Assembly: GCA_022749995.1 (NCBI GenBank)
Contig: JAKIWO010000004.1
Location: forward strand, 1-54,143
Length of the DNA stretch: 54,143 bases
Direction: 5' to 3'
Source of the DNA: Thermoplasmata archaeon
GTDB lineage: Archaea > Thermoplasmatota > Thermoplasmata > Lutacidiplasmatales > UBA184
Shown here: piece by piece, positions 19,222 to 27,390 of the stretch
Position numbering within the stretch: the stretch's first letter is position 1
Layout of the letters: each line of letters starts with the position of its first letter
Notes under the pieces: model-generated
The model's input: only the letters and a program-made list of their open reading frames with translations
The model's database searches: none
What the model was told of the DNA's origin: nothing
Position numbers and translations under genes: made by a program

Positions 19222-19448
19222 CAGAGGAGCCACTCTTTCTGGAGTGCGCGGAGCTCTCGCTCCGCCTTGCCTACGTTGACGCGGCCTTTCAGTAGACCCC
19301 GCAGAGTCTGGCGCCCGTGGCGGATCAGGACACCCTCCTTCGTCTCAAGAATGAGGACGGTCTCCCCCTCTTCGAGGTGGTGTCGACTTCGCAGCTCCTT
19401 TGGTAGCGTGATCTGGCCCTTCGAACTTACGACGGCAGACTTCGTCAT
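19221..19448 (-). CDS. AbrB/MazE/SpoVT-family antitoxin
   Basis: VVSSKGQITLPKELRSRHHLEEGETV...EGVLIR. Confidence 0.92.
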   Translation of the reverse strand: MTKSAVVSSKGQITLPKELRSRHHLEEGETVLILETKEGVLIRHGRQTLRGLLKGRVNVGKAERELRALQKEWLL

Positions 19449-19472
19449 AGTTCCCTGGAAGATGCACCCGAG

Positions 19473-19497
19473 TCAATAAACTTTACCTTAGGTAAAG
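19473..19497 (-). promoter_or_regulatory. TATA-like box plus adjacent perfect inverted repeat; candidate autoregulatory operator of the AbrB-PIN module
   Basis: Minus-strand TTTATTGA at 19473-19480, ~25 nt before the ATG; CTTTACCT-T-AGGTAAAG at 19481-19497. Confidence 0.6.
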
Positions 19498-19559
19498 GAA
19501 TGTCGACCTCCGCCTCCTCAGAACCCCTGGACTCCAAGGTCCTAGAACCTACAACCAAC

Positions 19560-19579
19560 CGAATCCCGGCGGGCCCGTC
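19560..19579 (+). repeat. att-like exact copy of the tRNA-Arg 3' end
   Basis: CGAATCCCGGCGGGCCCGTC, 20/20 identical to 18723-18742. Confidence 0.9.
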
Positions 19580-19708
19580 GCTCACCTCGGCCGGGTCCGG
19601 ACCCGGACGCCATCGATGGCCTCTGACTACCCCTTGCCTGACGTCGCTTACGTGGCGCAGCCTTACGCATAGGTAGGACTAATAGCCGCCAATCTCCTCC
19701 GCGAAGCT

Positions 19709-20146
19709 ATGGCGGACGAGTTGCTGCCGGAGTTCCATTGCCATCGCTGCATCTACACCTGGACTCCGAGACGCACGCCAGTCCGCATGTGTCCCCGATG
19801 CAAGTCGAGGCTCTGGAACGTGCCGGAGCTCCGTCCCGTGCGGCTGGGAACCGGCCTCGGGATCCCCGAGGTGTTCGGACCTCATCGCCTCAAAGTCCTG
19901 GCGCTGGTCTCGAACTACGGCGCGAAGCGAGTGCGGGTGTTCGGATCGGCTCGGCGCCGCGAGGCGAACAATAGGAGCGACGTCGACCTCCTCGTGGACG
20001 GTTTGCCCAAGGCCTCGCTTCTCGACCGCGCCCACCTTGAGACCGAACTGAGTCGAATCTTGGGGCGCTCGGTCGACGTCGTGGAAGAGGATGGCCTGCC
20101 TTGGTCGATCCGTCCTCAAGTGCTGGCCGAGGCGGTTCCCTTCTGA
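19709..20146 (+). CDS. Minimal nucleotidyltransferase (MNT/MntA-type antitoxin) with an N-terminal Zn-ribbon
   Basis: CHRC...CPRC, then VFGSARRREANNRSDVDLLV (GSx10DxD) and LGRSVDVV. Confidence 0.9.
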   Translation: MADELLPEFHCHRCIYTWTPRRTPVRMCPRCKSRLWNVPELRPVRLGTGLGIPEVFGPHRLKVLALVSNYGAKRVRVFGSARRREANNRSDVDLLVDGLPKASLLDRAHLETELSRILGRSVDVVEEDGLPWSIRPQVLAEAVPF

Positions 20147-20502
20147 GCGCCTCCGAAGCACGTGCCCGGACGTCGGTCGACAGAATGCTGCGCGAGGCGG
20201 CAGCCGCCCAGCGGTACCTCGCTCGTGGGAAGGAGGCATTCTTCGACGTGCGATCCCCGGAGATCCGGGAAGCGACGGAGCTGCGAATCCTTCACTTCAC
20301 GGAGACCGCGACGAAGGTGGGACGGCCGTTCCGGAACGCCAATCCCCTCATCCCCTGGGACGACCTCGACCAGCTTCGAAACGATCTCGTCCACGAGTAC
20401 CCCGAGGTCAAGGCCGATCCGATTTGGCGGTTCGTGCACGATGACCTGCCCGGCCTGGTCGCGAAGCTCCGGCGGGCCCGATATCCGACCGGCCGGGAGT
20501 AG
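20143..20502 (+). CDS. HEPN (DUF86/HepT-like) ribonuclease toxin; start placed at a CTG overlapping the MNT stop
   Basis: IPWDDLDQLRNDLVHEY (Rx4H motif), IWRFVHDDLP; alternative starts TTG 20101 and ATG 20185. Confidence 0.85.
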   Translation: MSASEARARTSVDRMLREAAAAQRYLARGKEAFFDVRSPEIREATELRILHFTETATKVGRPFRNANPLIPWDDLDQLRNDLVHEYPEVKADPIWRFVHDDLPGLVAKLRRARYPTGRE

Positions 20503-20578
20503 TCGCGAATCCCTAGCCGGAAGAAGAGGGTGCGGCCTCTCACGTGGGCTCCTGGGACGGATTCGAACAACTAGTTCA

Positions 20579-20597
20579 TCGAATCCCGGCAGGCCCG
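20579..20597 (+). repeat. Second att-like copy of the tRNA-Arg 3' end (one mismatch)
   Basis: TCGAATCCCGGCAGGCCCG versus TCGAATCCCGGCGGGCCCG (18722-18740), 18/19 identical. Confidence 0.85.
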
Positions 20598-20617
20598 AAT
20601 CACGTAGGAGCGCTGGG

Positions 20618-21025
20618 TCAGCCGAGCCAATCGGTCTCGGCGAGCTGGCGGAAGTGCGGATCGCCGGTGAGCAGCCGAGAGCCGGTCGCTCGAGCCGTCG
20701 CGAGCACCAGCCCGTCGCTCAGTCCCGGTCTCCCGAGCCTCAAGGACCTAGCCCGGCTCCGAAGCTCGGCCGTCGCAGCCGCCGCGGCTAGTGCCAGTTC
20801 GGGTCTGATGGGCACCACTGCGGAGGACTCCGTGATTGCAGCCATTTCCTGTTGGATCTGTCCGTCCCCCAGCCCGTCCCGGAAACACTGCAGCGCGACT
20901 TCCGCCAACACGATCGCCGGCGTGAAGCAGGAGTCCGCCGCCTCCAGGCGATCTTTCGCGTCGATCCCGAGCGCGGTTCCGCGGATCAGCTCGATCCAGG
21001 CGAACGAGTCAATCGTGAGCCGCAA
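20618..21025 (-). CDS. PIN-domain (VapC-like) toxin
   Basis: LTIDSFAWIE...TPAIVLAEV...GLSDGLVLATAR...LLTGDPHF; TTG start inside the 3' end of the antitoxin gene. Confidence 0.88.
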   Translation of the reverse strand: MRLTIDSFAWIELIRGTALGIDAKDRLEAADSCFTPAIVLAEVALQCFRDGLGDGQIQQEMAAITESSAVVPIRPELALAAAAATAELRSRARSLRLGRPGLSDGLVLATARATGSRLLTGDPHFRQLAETDWLG

Positions 21026-21221
21026 GCCGGTCCTCGTCCGCGAATCTTGACACCACTCCCTTGCCGCTGCCCAACATACGGTGCAGCGCGCGTGATCGCC
21101 GCTCACGCACCAGCTGCAGGATGGTCTCGTCCGCGCTCCGGGTGTGGAACACCTGCCGTAGCCGCTCCAGCTCGGCGAGCGTCTGCCTCGAGACCCGCAC
21201 CGAGGATACCGCGGCCGCCAT
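21009..21221 (-). CDS. Putative VapB-type (RHH-like) antitoxin
   Basis: MAAAVSSVRVSRQTLAELERLR...SADETILQLV...FADEDRL; overlaps the PIN gene. Confidence 0.8.
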   Translation of the reverse strand: MAAAVSSVRVSRQTLAELERLRQVFHTRSADETILQLVRERRSRALHRMLGSGKGVVSRFADEDRLAAHD

Positions 21222-21375
21222 GCGCGAGATTGCATGCACGCATGCGCGATAGGGCCTCCGTGTGTGGTGAACTCTGGTGAGTGCCCCCAACGGAGCGTCG
21301 GATGGCCGTGCTCCGCGAACTGGTCCCTGGTGGCAGAGGATACCCTGGCGCGAGCCGAGCTCGGCGCGGGTGCCG

Positions 21376-21747
21376 CTAGTCCTGCGAGCGGGCGCGGTGA
21401 TCGTGCAGCCGGAGTGCGTTTCCGGCGGGGTCCCAGATCACTCCCTGGTGACCGCTCTCCCGAAGGCACTTGACGCCGGCCCGAGTCAGCGCGGCCTCGG
21501 CTACCGGATAATCGGACACATGGAAGACGAGGGGTGTACCGGCCCCCTCGGGTCCGAGGGCGATCACGGGCGAATCCTCGTCGAGGTACAGCGTCAGCGG
21601 AAAGCCTCCGGCCTCTAGTTCGGTCCACACGGGGTTGACCTTCCCCCTCACGGCGAACCCAAGGAGCCCCTGGTAGAAGGCTAGCGACGATTCCATGTCC
21701 TTCACCGGCAGGATGATGTGTCCCACGCCCTCGACGACGCCCCCCAC
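21376..21747 (-). CDS. VOC/glyoxalase family protein
   Basis: VGHIILPVKDMESSLAFYQGLLGF...LVFHVSD...WDPAGNALRLH. Confidence 0.85.
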   Translation of the reverse strand: MGGVVEGVGHIILPVKDMESSLAFYQGLLGFAVRGKVNPVWTELEAGGFPLTLYLDEDSPVIALGPEGAGTPLVFHVSDYPVAEAALTRAGVKCLRESGHQGVIWDPAGNALRLHDHRARSQD

Positions 21748-21830
21748 GGTGGACGCACCGCGAGCGGACGTATGAACTAACGCGGCGGGTGAGCTTGCGC
21801 GCCTCCGCGCTCGATGGACCGAGGGTGCCC

Positions 21831-22361
21831 TTACCCCGCGGCCTTGGAGCGGCTGCGCCAGACGACGATCACGGCCACGACGGCCGTAAGGAGGTAGCAC
21901 GCGAGGAGGAAGTCGTACAGCCACGGGATGTACGAGAGGGCTCCCGGATACGCCGAGGTCCCGAAGAGGTACTTCTCGAACTCCGTCATGGACGGGAATC
22001 CCACCTGCGAGTACGACTCGACGATGCCGACCATAGCGAGCACGGCCAGGAGCGACCACGCTAGGGCGACGAGCCCCACATGCCGGCGCAGGAGTCCGGG
22101 CGTCCCATCAGCCGAGGAGGGGAAGGAGAACACCAACACGACCGTGGCCCCTACCACGTCCACGAGCGCCATCGCCAGGACGCCGTACCAGTGGGAGTAG
22201 TACGCCTTCTGGGCACCGAAATTGGTCTGCAGGTTCTTGTCCGTGACGAGCATGACGACGGCCACTACGAAGTCGAGCAGCAGCAACGCGGCCAGCGCGA
22301 GTCGGATCTTGTCCGGTCCGGGGCGGTTCCGCGGGGCACCCTGAGGCTCGGAAGCGGGCAC
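21831..22361 (-). CDS. Hypothetical four-TM membrane protein
   Basis: Four hydrophobic segments, TDKNLQTNFGA loop; start uncertain (frame is open to 22475). Confidence 0.7.
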   Translation of the reverse strand: MPASEPQGAPRNRPGPDKIRLALAALLLLDFVVAVVMLVTDKNLQTNFGAQKAYYSHWYGVLAMALVDVVGATVVLVFSFPSSADGTPGLLRRHVGLVALAWSLLAVLAMVGIVESYSQVGFPSMTEFEKYLFGTSAYPGALSYIPWLYDFLLACYLLTAVVAVIVVWRSRSKAAG

Positions 22362-22556
22362 GAGTTCGCAATTGAATCCCCCCTGATAGGCCCTTCTGTT
22401 GGAACCCTCCAGCGGGTTCCGGTCGACGTGCGGCTTTGCACCAAACGCTCGGACCGTGGGTCGGTCACCGCTCACGTTTCCGGCCCCCGTTGCCCGGGCG
22501 CGGACCGCTGGGGTGCCGCGGTTAGACTGAAGGTCCCGAGGAGGCTACGCCCCGCC

Positions 22557-23075
22557 ATGCAACTCCGTCCGCTCTACCGTGCGCAGTTCGAGTATCCCCA
22601 GCAGTGGGAGGCCGAGCTCAAGGGAAAGAACGGCGTGGAGGAACAGACCTTCCTGCTGGCCGAAGGAACGGTCGAGGGGAAGCTCACCGGGGCGCTGCGA
22701 GGCGCCAACTACGCCCGTCGCCGGACCGACGGGACGGCGGTGACCGACTTTCGCGGGGTCCTCGAGTGCGCGGACGGTGCGGTGGTCCTGTTCGAGTACC
22801 GCGGGTTCGGACGAGCCCACACCCCGGAGCACGACCGGATCGCGGGTGCCAGCCGGCGTCAATGGGTCGCCACGGCCACCCACCTCTCGCACGATCCTCG
22901 GTACGCCTGGCTCAACGACACCGTCTGCGTGGGCACGGGCGAGGTCGGTCCGCGTCCCGGCGGCGTGGTCGAGAGCGGCGGCGGTCTTAGCGGAGGACCG
23001 GCCGCTCGCCTTCGACTGGAGGTGGCCGAGCTCGTCTGGGAGCCGCCGGAGCCTGCGGCGCCATCCACGAAGTAG
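22557..23075 (+). CDS. DUF3237-like beta-barrel protein
   Basis: EGTVEGKLTGALRGANYARRRTDG...DFRGVLECADGAVVLFEYRG...DPRYAWLNDTVCVGTG; GAGGAGG upstream of the ATG. Confidence 0.75.
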   Translation: MQLRPLYRAQFEYPQQWEAELKGKNGVEEQTFLLAEGTVEGKLTGALRGANYARRRTDGTAVTDFRGVLECADGAVVLFEYRGFGRAHTPEHDRIAGASRRQWVATATHLSHDPRYAWLNDTVCVGTGEVGPRPGGVVESGGGLSGGPAARLRLEVAELVWEPPEPAAPSTK

Positions 23076-23138
23076 TGGCTGCCGGGTCGCTGCCCTAGTG
23101 GATCAGCGGTCTCCGCCCGACGCCGGACGGTACTCGGG

Positions 23139-23873
23139 CTAGTACTCCCCGTAGAACGGGGCGTCGACCGACATCGACGCGACGTCGTAGACCTCGATCT
23201 GATTGCCGTCGGGGTCCAGCAGGTAGGCTAGTCGGATCCCGTTCGGCCCGGTATGGAACGGGAACTCCCGGAACGGCCTCAGGTCGGCCGGCTCGCAGCC
23301 GATCGCGTGCGCTTTTTCGAGGACGCGTGGGACGTCGGGCACCCGCACCCCGATGTGGTCCAGCGCCTCTCCGGCGACGAACGGAACGCCGAACTGCCCT
23401 CCCGGCGGATACCAGTTCAACTCGAGTTGCTGACCGGTGCGCGGGTGGCGGAGCATGACGTTCCGGGAGTGGAGCTCCGCGTTCACGCGAGCGGGAGTGA
23501 CCGGCTCGAAGCCGAGGATGGTCGTGTAGAATAGGGTGGATCGCTCAAAGTCGGTCACGCGCAGTCCGAAGTACGTGACCAGTGGGATCCCCGGACCCAT
23601 CTGCGATGCTGCGGCAAAGGTGCGATGCGAGGGACGCCCGTCGATCAGTTGCTCGGGCACGGACGGGGGTCCGTCGGGGAATCGGTCCAGGAAGCGAGCG
23701 GGGTCGGTCCAGAAGGAGAGGCAGCTGAACCCGTCCTGGGTCCCTTCGCGTAGGACATACGCCCCGTAGCAGCCCGGGGATCCGAACAGGAGCGCCGCCC
23801 GTTGCTCGAGCGCTTTCAGCAACTCCCTCTCGGCACCCGATCGTGGACGGAGCGAGAGCATCTCGACGTACAT
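23139..23873 (-). CDS. Fusion of an ABM-like (antibiotic biosynthesis monooxygenase) domain and a VOC/glyoxalase domain
   Basis: N-terminal LRPRSGAERE...SPGC...FSCLSFW; C-terminal YFGLRVTDFERSTLFYTTILGF...LDHIGVRV...LDPDGNQIEV. Confidence 0.75.
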   Translation of the reverse strand: MYVEMLSLRPRSGAERELLKALEQRAALLFGSPGCYGAYVLREGTQDGFSCLSFWTDPARFLDRFPDGPPSVPEQLIDGRPSHRTFAAASQMGPGIPLVTYFGLRVTDFERSTLFYTTILGFEPVTPARVNAELHSRNVMLRHPRTGQQLELNWYPPGGQFGVPFVAGEALDHIGVRVPDVPRVLEKAHAIGCEPADLRPFREFPFHTGPNGIRLAYLLDPDGNQIEVYDVASMSVDAPFYGEY

Positions 23874-24101
23874 GGCGGGCACGCCGCTGCGATTCGTGCA
23901 CGTCGCTTATACCTAGTCGCGGGGCCCGAAGGCAGCCACCCGGCCGGCGGCCCAACGGTCGTACGCCGAGCCGTCCCGGCTCTGAGGATTCGGTACAGTG
24001 GTCGAATGGATCCGCCGGCCCGTACACCGGGTCGGCGAGGACTCCGCGGTCTGGGTGGCACAGTCCCGGTACTGTTACTAGCCGCTCGTAGCTGTCGGCT
24101 C

Positions 24102-24980
24102 ATGGCCGCGGAGCGGGACGTACGGGTCGGCGATGGCCGACGATTGAGGCTGACCGAGGGCGGAGCAGCGTCGGGGCCGGCCGTGTTCGTCCTGCACGGC
24201 TCCCCCGGAATGGGTGACCTGTACGAGCCGCACGTCCGCGACGCCCGGGCGCGAAGGGTGCGCCTCATCGGCCACGACCGGTCCGGCTACGGGGATTCCA
24301 CCCCGCACCCCGGCCGCAGCATTGCGGACGAGTCCGCAGACGTGGCGGCGATCGCCGACGAACTGGGAATCGACCGATTCGGGGTCTGGGGATTTTCCGG
24401 CGGGGGCGCTCTCGCGCTGGCCTGCGCCGCCCAACTGCCGAAACGCGTAGTCGGGGCCGCGTGCATCTCCGGCCTTGCTCCGAGGGGGGCGGACGGGCTC
24501 GACTGGCTCGCCGGCATGGGGGAGTCGAACGTCGAGGAGTTCCGTCAGCTCCTCGAGGACCGACCGGCCTGGGAGCGCAAGACGACCGAGGAGTGCGCCG
24601 CCCTGGCGAGCGCCGATCTGGCGCAACTGACCTCGAGCATGTCCACGCTCCTGTCCGAGGTGGACCGGGCAGCGTTCCAGGGTGACCTCGGGCGCTACTT
24701 CCACGGCATCATGACCGGGGGAGTTCGGCACGGTAGCGACGGCTATCGGGACGACTCGCTGGCCCAGATGCAGCCGTGGGGATTCGACGTGCAATCCATC
24801 CGGGTCCCGACCCAAATCTGGCACGGCGCACAGGACCGATTCGTTCCCTACACGCACGGTCAGTGGCTAGCCGCCCGGATCGCCGGAGCGGAGGCGCATC
24901 TCCTTCCCGTGGAGGGGCACATCACGCTCTACGAGCACGCGGTTCCGCAGGTCCACGCTTGGCTCGCCGCCCGGTTCTGA
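24102..24980 (+). CDS. Alpha/beta fold hydrolase
   Basis: LHGSPG, DRSGYGDS, nucleophile GFSGG, WHGAQDRFVP, EGH. Confidence 0.92.
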   Translation: MAAERDVRVGDGRRLRLTEGGAASGPAVFVLHGSPGMGDLYEPHVRDARARRVRLIGHDRSGYGDSTPHPGRSIADESADVAAIADELGIDRFGVWGFSGGGALALACAAQLPKRVVGAACISGLAPRGADGLDWLAGMGESNVEEFRQLLEDRPAWERKTTEECAALASADLAQLTSSMSTLLSEVDRAAFQGDLGRYFHGIMTGGVRHGSDGYRDDSLAQMQPWGFDVQSIRVPTQIWHGAQDRFVPYTHGQWLAARIAGAEAHLLPVEGHITLYEHAVPQVHAWLAARF

Positions 24981-25049
24981 CCGGGTCCGACGGCGCGCCT
25001 TGCCGGACCGCCAGGTGCCGTCCGGCCGGGCGCCAAGAACGGGGGATCG

Positions 25050-27215
25050 CTAGTAGAGCCAGGTGCCTCCCGCTTGGTTGAACCCGTTGAGGTAAACCAC
25101 GGTCTTGTCCACCGGGTCGGCCGCGCTACCGGCCACGTAGTCCGCTCCAGGGTTGTTCGCGGGCGAGAGGGCCGTCCAGCCTCCTCCGACGAAGCTCCAC
25201 GTGTCCGACATCGCCACGGACCCTACGCCGAGCCCTCCGTACAGGAGCACATACCCGTCCAGGGGGTCGTACACAGCGCTTCCGCCGACCGTCCCCGGAG
25301 GGGGAACTCCGGCCGACGCGGTGATGTTGGTCCAGGTCCCACCCAGATAGCTCCACGTGTCGTCGAGGTAGATCGTCGAGCCGTTCTGGCCCCCGAACAG
25401 CAGCACGTAGCCATCCCAGGCATCGTACACCATCGCGGAGGCCGCGCGACCAGAGGGAGCCGGCCCGCAGGTCACGCACGCCGGCGGCGCGAGCGCGGTC
25501 CAGGTGCCCGCCACAAAGGTCCAACTGTCGTTCGACCAGGCGACGTGCGAGGCATTCGGCGCGTACTCCTCTCCCCCAAAGAGGAGGACATACCCATCCG
25601 CCGCGTCGTACACCATCCCCGAGAGCACCCGGGGACGCGGTGAGATGGCGGGGAAGAGCTGGGTCCACTTTCCTCCCAGGTAGGTCCAGGTGTCGTTCCC
25701 GTAGGTCCCGGTCACCGTGACCTCTCCGCTGAAGAGCAACACGTACCCATCGGCCTGGTCGTACGCCAGACCGAAGGCGACCCGCCCGGAGGGTGAGACC
25801 GCGGGTCGGAGCTGGGTCCAGTGTCCGTGGGCGTAGCTCCAGGTGTCGCCCAACAGGCCGCCGATATTCCCGTTATTGATGCGCGCGCCGCCGAAGAGGA
25901 GCACGTACCCATCGGCCTCGTCGTAGACCATGCTCACGATCACTCGAGCCGGCGGTCCGGACGTGGCGACGTGGAGCCAGACATCGGCCTTGAACGTCCA
26001 GGTGTCTCCGAGCCCCGCGCTGTGGTTTCCCCCAAAGAGGACCACCTTGTTGAGCGCGCTGTCGTACGCCGCGCTGGCCATCGCCCGGGAGCTCGGCGGC
26101 GTGGCCGGTGCGAGCTTGGTCCAGCTGGCGTTGACGAACTGCCACGTGAACGCCGAGTTGACGCCGCCGGAGCTCCGACCGCCGAACAGGACGAGGTAGT
26201 GGTCGATGGTATCGTTGGTCAACGTAGCGCCGAAGACGGCGACCGGGATCGTGGCGGGGTGGAGCTGGCTCCAGTGCCCGCGGGTGAAGTTCCACGTGTC
26301 GAGGAAGACGGCGCCGAGGCCCGTCTCACCGCCGAAGAGCACGACCCAGCCGTGGGTGTTGTCGTAGCCCAGCGCCATGTTCTCGCGCGCGGTCGGGGGC
26401 GTGGCCGGGCTCAGCGTCGTCCATGCGCCGCCGACCCAGGTGAAGGTGCTGGACCGGACGGTCCCGCCGGAGGGGGAGCCACCGAACAGCACGAGGTAGG
26501 AGTCGTTCGTGTCCCAGACCATGCCCGCACCGGCGGCGGCCGGCGGAGGGGACCCGGGCGTCAGGTGGGTCCAGGCTCCGTGCAGGAATTTCCACGTGTC
26601 TCCCAGCCGGCCGCCGGAACCCAGCCCGCCGAAGAGGAGCATGTACCCGTCCTTGTAGTCGTAGGCGATCGCTGCACTGGCTCGGGCCGACGGACTCGTC
26701 GCCGGCGTCAGCTGCGTCCAGAGCCCGTTGTACGTCCACGTGTCCGACAGGAAGCTCCCGTTCCATCCGCCGAACAGCACGACGTACCGGTCCGCTGCGT
26801 CGTACGCCATCGCCGCCGCAGATCGGGCGGAGGGAGAAAGCGGATGCGCGGTCCAATCCGGTAGGGTGGTGGTGCTCGGGTGCGGGCTGCGTGGGGCCGG
26901 AGGAGCGGAAGCATGGGGTGGACTGCAACTGTAGGACCCGCTCCCGGAGGCACTGCTGCAACTCCAGGCGCCCCCCGCCGCGGGCCCGGCACCCTGAGCC
27001 AGCGACGCGGCGGCCCGCTCGAGTTCGGCCGGAGCGCGTAGGAGTGCGGCGGCTGCGGAGCGGGCCAGCGCCGATGTCGCAGGTATCAGGGCTCGGTCCG
27101 CGCTGACCAGGGTGGACGATAGCACTAGCACAAGCGTGACCGCTAGGAGCGCGGCCGTCCTTCCCCCGCGCGATAGTCTGCGCTCCATCCCTCGCCGCTT
27201 CGACGTCGCAACCAT
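25050..27215 (-). CDS. Secreted Kelch-repeat protein (12 blades, two propellers)
   Basis: Signal peptide, then twelve (Y/W/N/A)Dxxxxx(V/L)LFGG...DTW repeats; no C-terminal TM. Confidence 0.88.
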   Translation of the reverse strand: MVATSKRRGMERRLSRGGRTAALLAVTLVLVLSSTLVSADRALIPATSALARSAAAALLRAPAELERAAASLAQGAGPAAGGAWSCSSASGSGSYSCSPPHASAPPAPRSPHPSTTTLPDWTAHPLSPSARSAAAMAYDAADRYVVLFGGWNGSFLSDTWTYNGLWTQLTPATSPSARASAAIAYDYKDGYMLLFGGLGSGGRLGDTWKFLHGAWTHLTPGSPPPAAAGAGMVWDTNDSYLVLFGGSPSGGTVRSSTFTWVGGAWTTLSPATPPTARENMALGYDNTHGWVVLFGGETGLGAVFLDTWNFTRGHWSQLHPATIPVAVFGATLTNDTIDHYLVLFGGRSSGGVNSAFTWQFVNASWTKLAPATPPSSRAMASAAYDSALNKVVLFGGNHSAGLGDTWTFKADVWLHVATSGPPARVIVSMVYDEADGYVLLFGGARINNGNIGGLLGDTWSYAHGHWTQLRPAVSPSGRVAFGLAYDQADGYVLLFSGEVTVTGTYGNDTWTYLGGKWTQLFPAISPRPRVLSGMVYDAADGYVLLFGGEEYAPNASHVAWSNDSWTFVAGTWTALAPPACVTCGPAPSGRAASAMVYDAWDGYVLLFGGQNGSTIYLDDTWSYLGGTWTNITASAGVPPPGTVGGSAVYDPLDGYVLLYGGLGVGSVAMSDTWSFVGGGWTALSPANNPGADYVAGSAADPVDKTVVYLNGFNQAGGTWLY

Positions 27216-27390
27216 GGTTTGCTTACCCCTTGAGCGCGGGCCGTTGCCGGACCGCTCGGCCCAGTAGCCGGTTCCGGAGCATAATGCCCGCAGCCGGAGC
27301 TACTCCCGCACTATCCGCGCCCTGCCGGGGTGCTCGCCCCTGAGCCGCGTTGGCGGCGCTTCCGGACGGTAGCCCGCGATGGATACCGAT

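Larger units (their letters stand above)
18723..20597. mobile_element. Two tandem tRNA-Arg-integrated mini-cassettes (837 and 1020 bp), each carrying one toxin-antitoxin module and bounded by tRNA 3'-end direct repeats
   Basis: Direct repeats at 18723-18742, 19560-19579 and 20579-20597; no integrase seen in the window. Confidence 0.6.

Noticed and set aside
18624-19657. CGCTTACGTAGCG (18624-18636) nearly repeated as CGCTTACGTGGCG (19645-19657)
   Set aside because: Both sit at promoter-like positions and resemble the degenerate CTTA TATA elements seen elsewhere in the window; not evidence of duplication.
18723-20597. Three ~20-bp direct repeats read as a CRISPR array
   Set aside because: Spacing is 0.8-1 kb with whole genes in between, and the repeat is the tRNA 3' end.
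24002-24024. TCGAATGGATCCGCCGGCCCGT as a fourth degenerate tRNA-Arg att copy
   Set aside because: Requires several indels and mismatches; not distinguishable from chance at this GC content.
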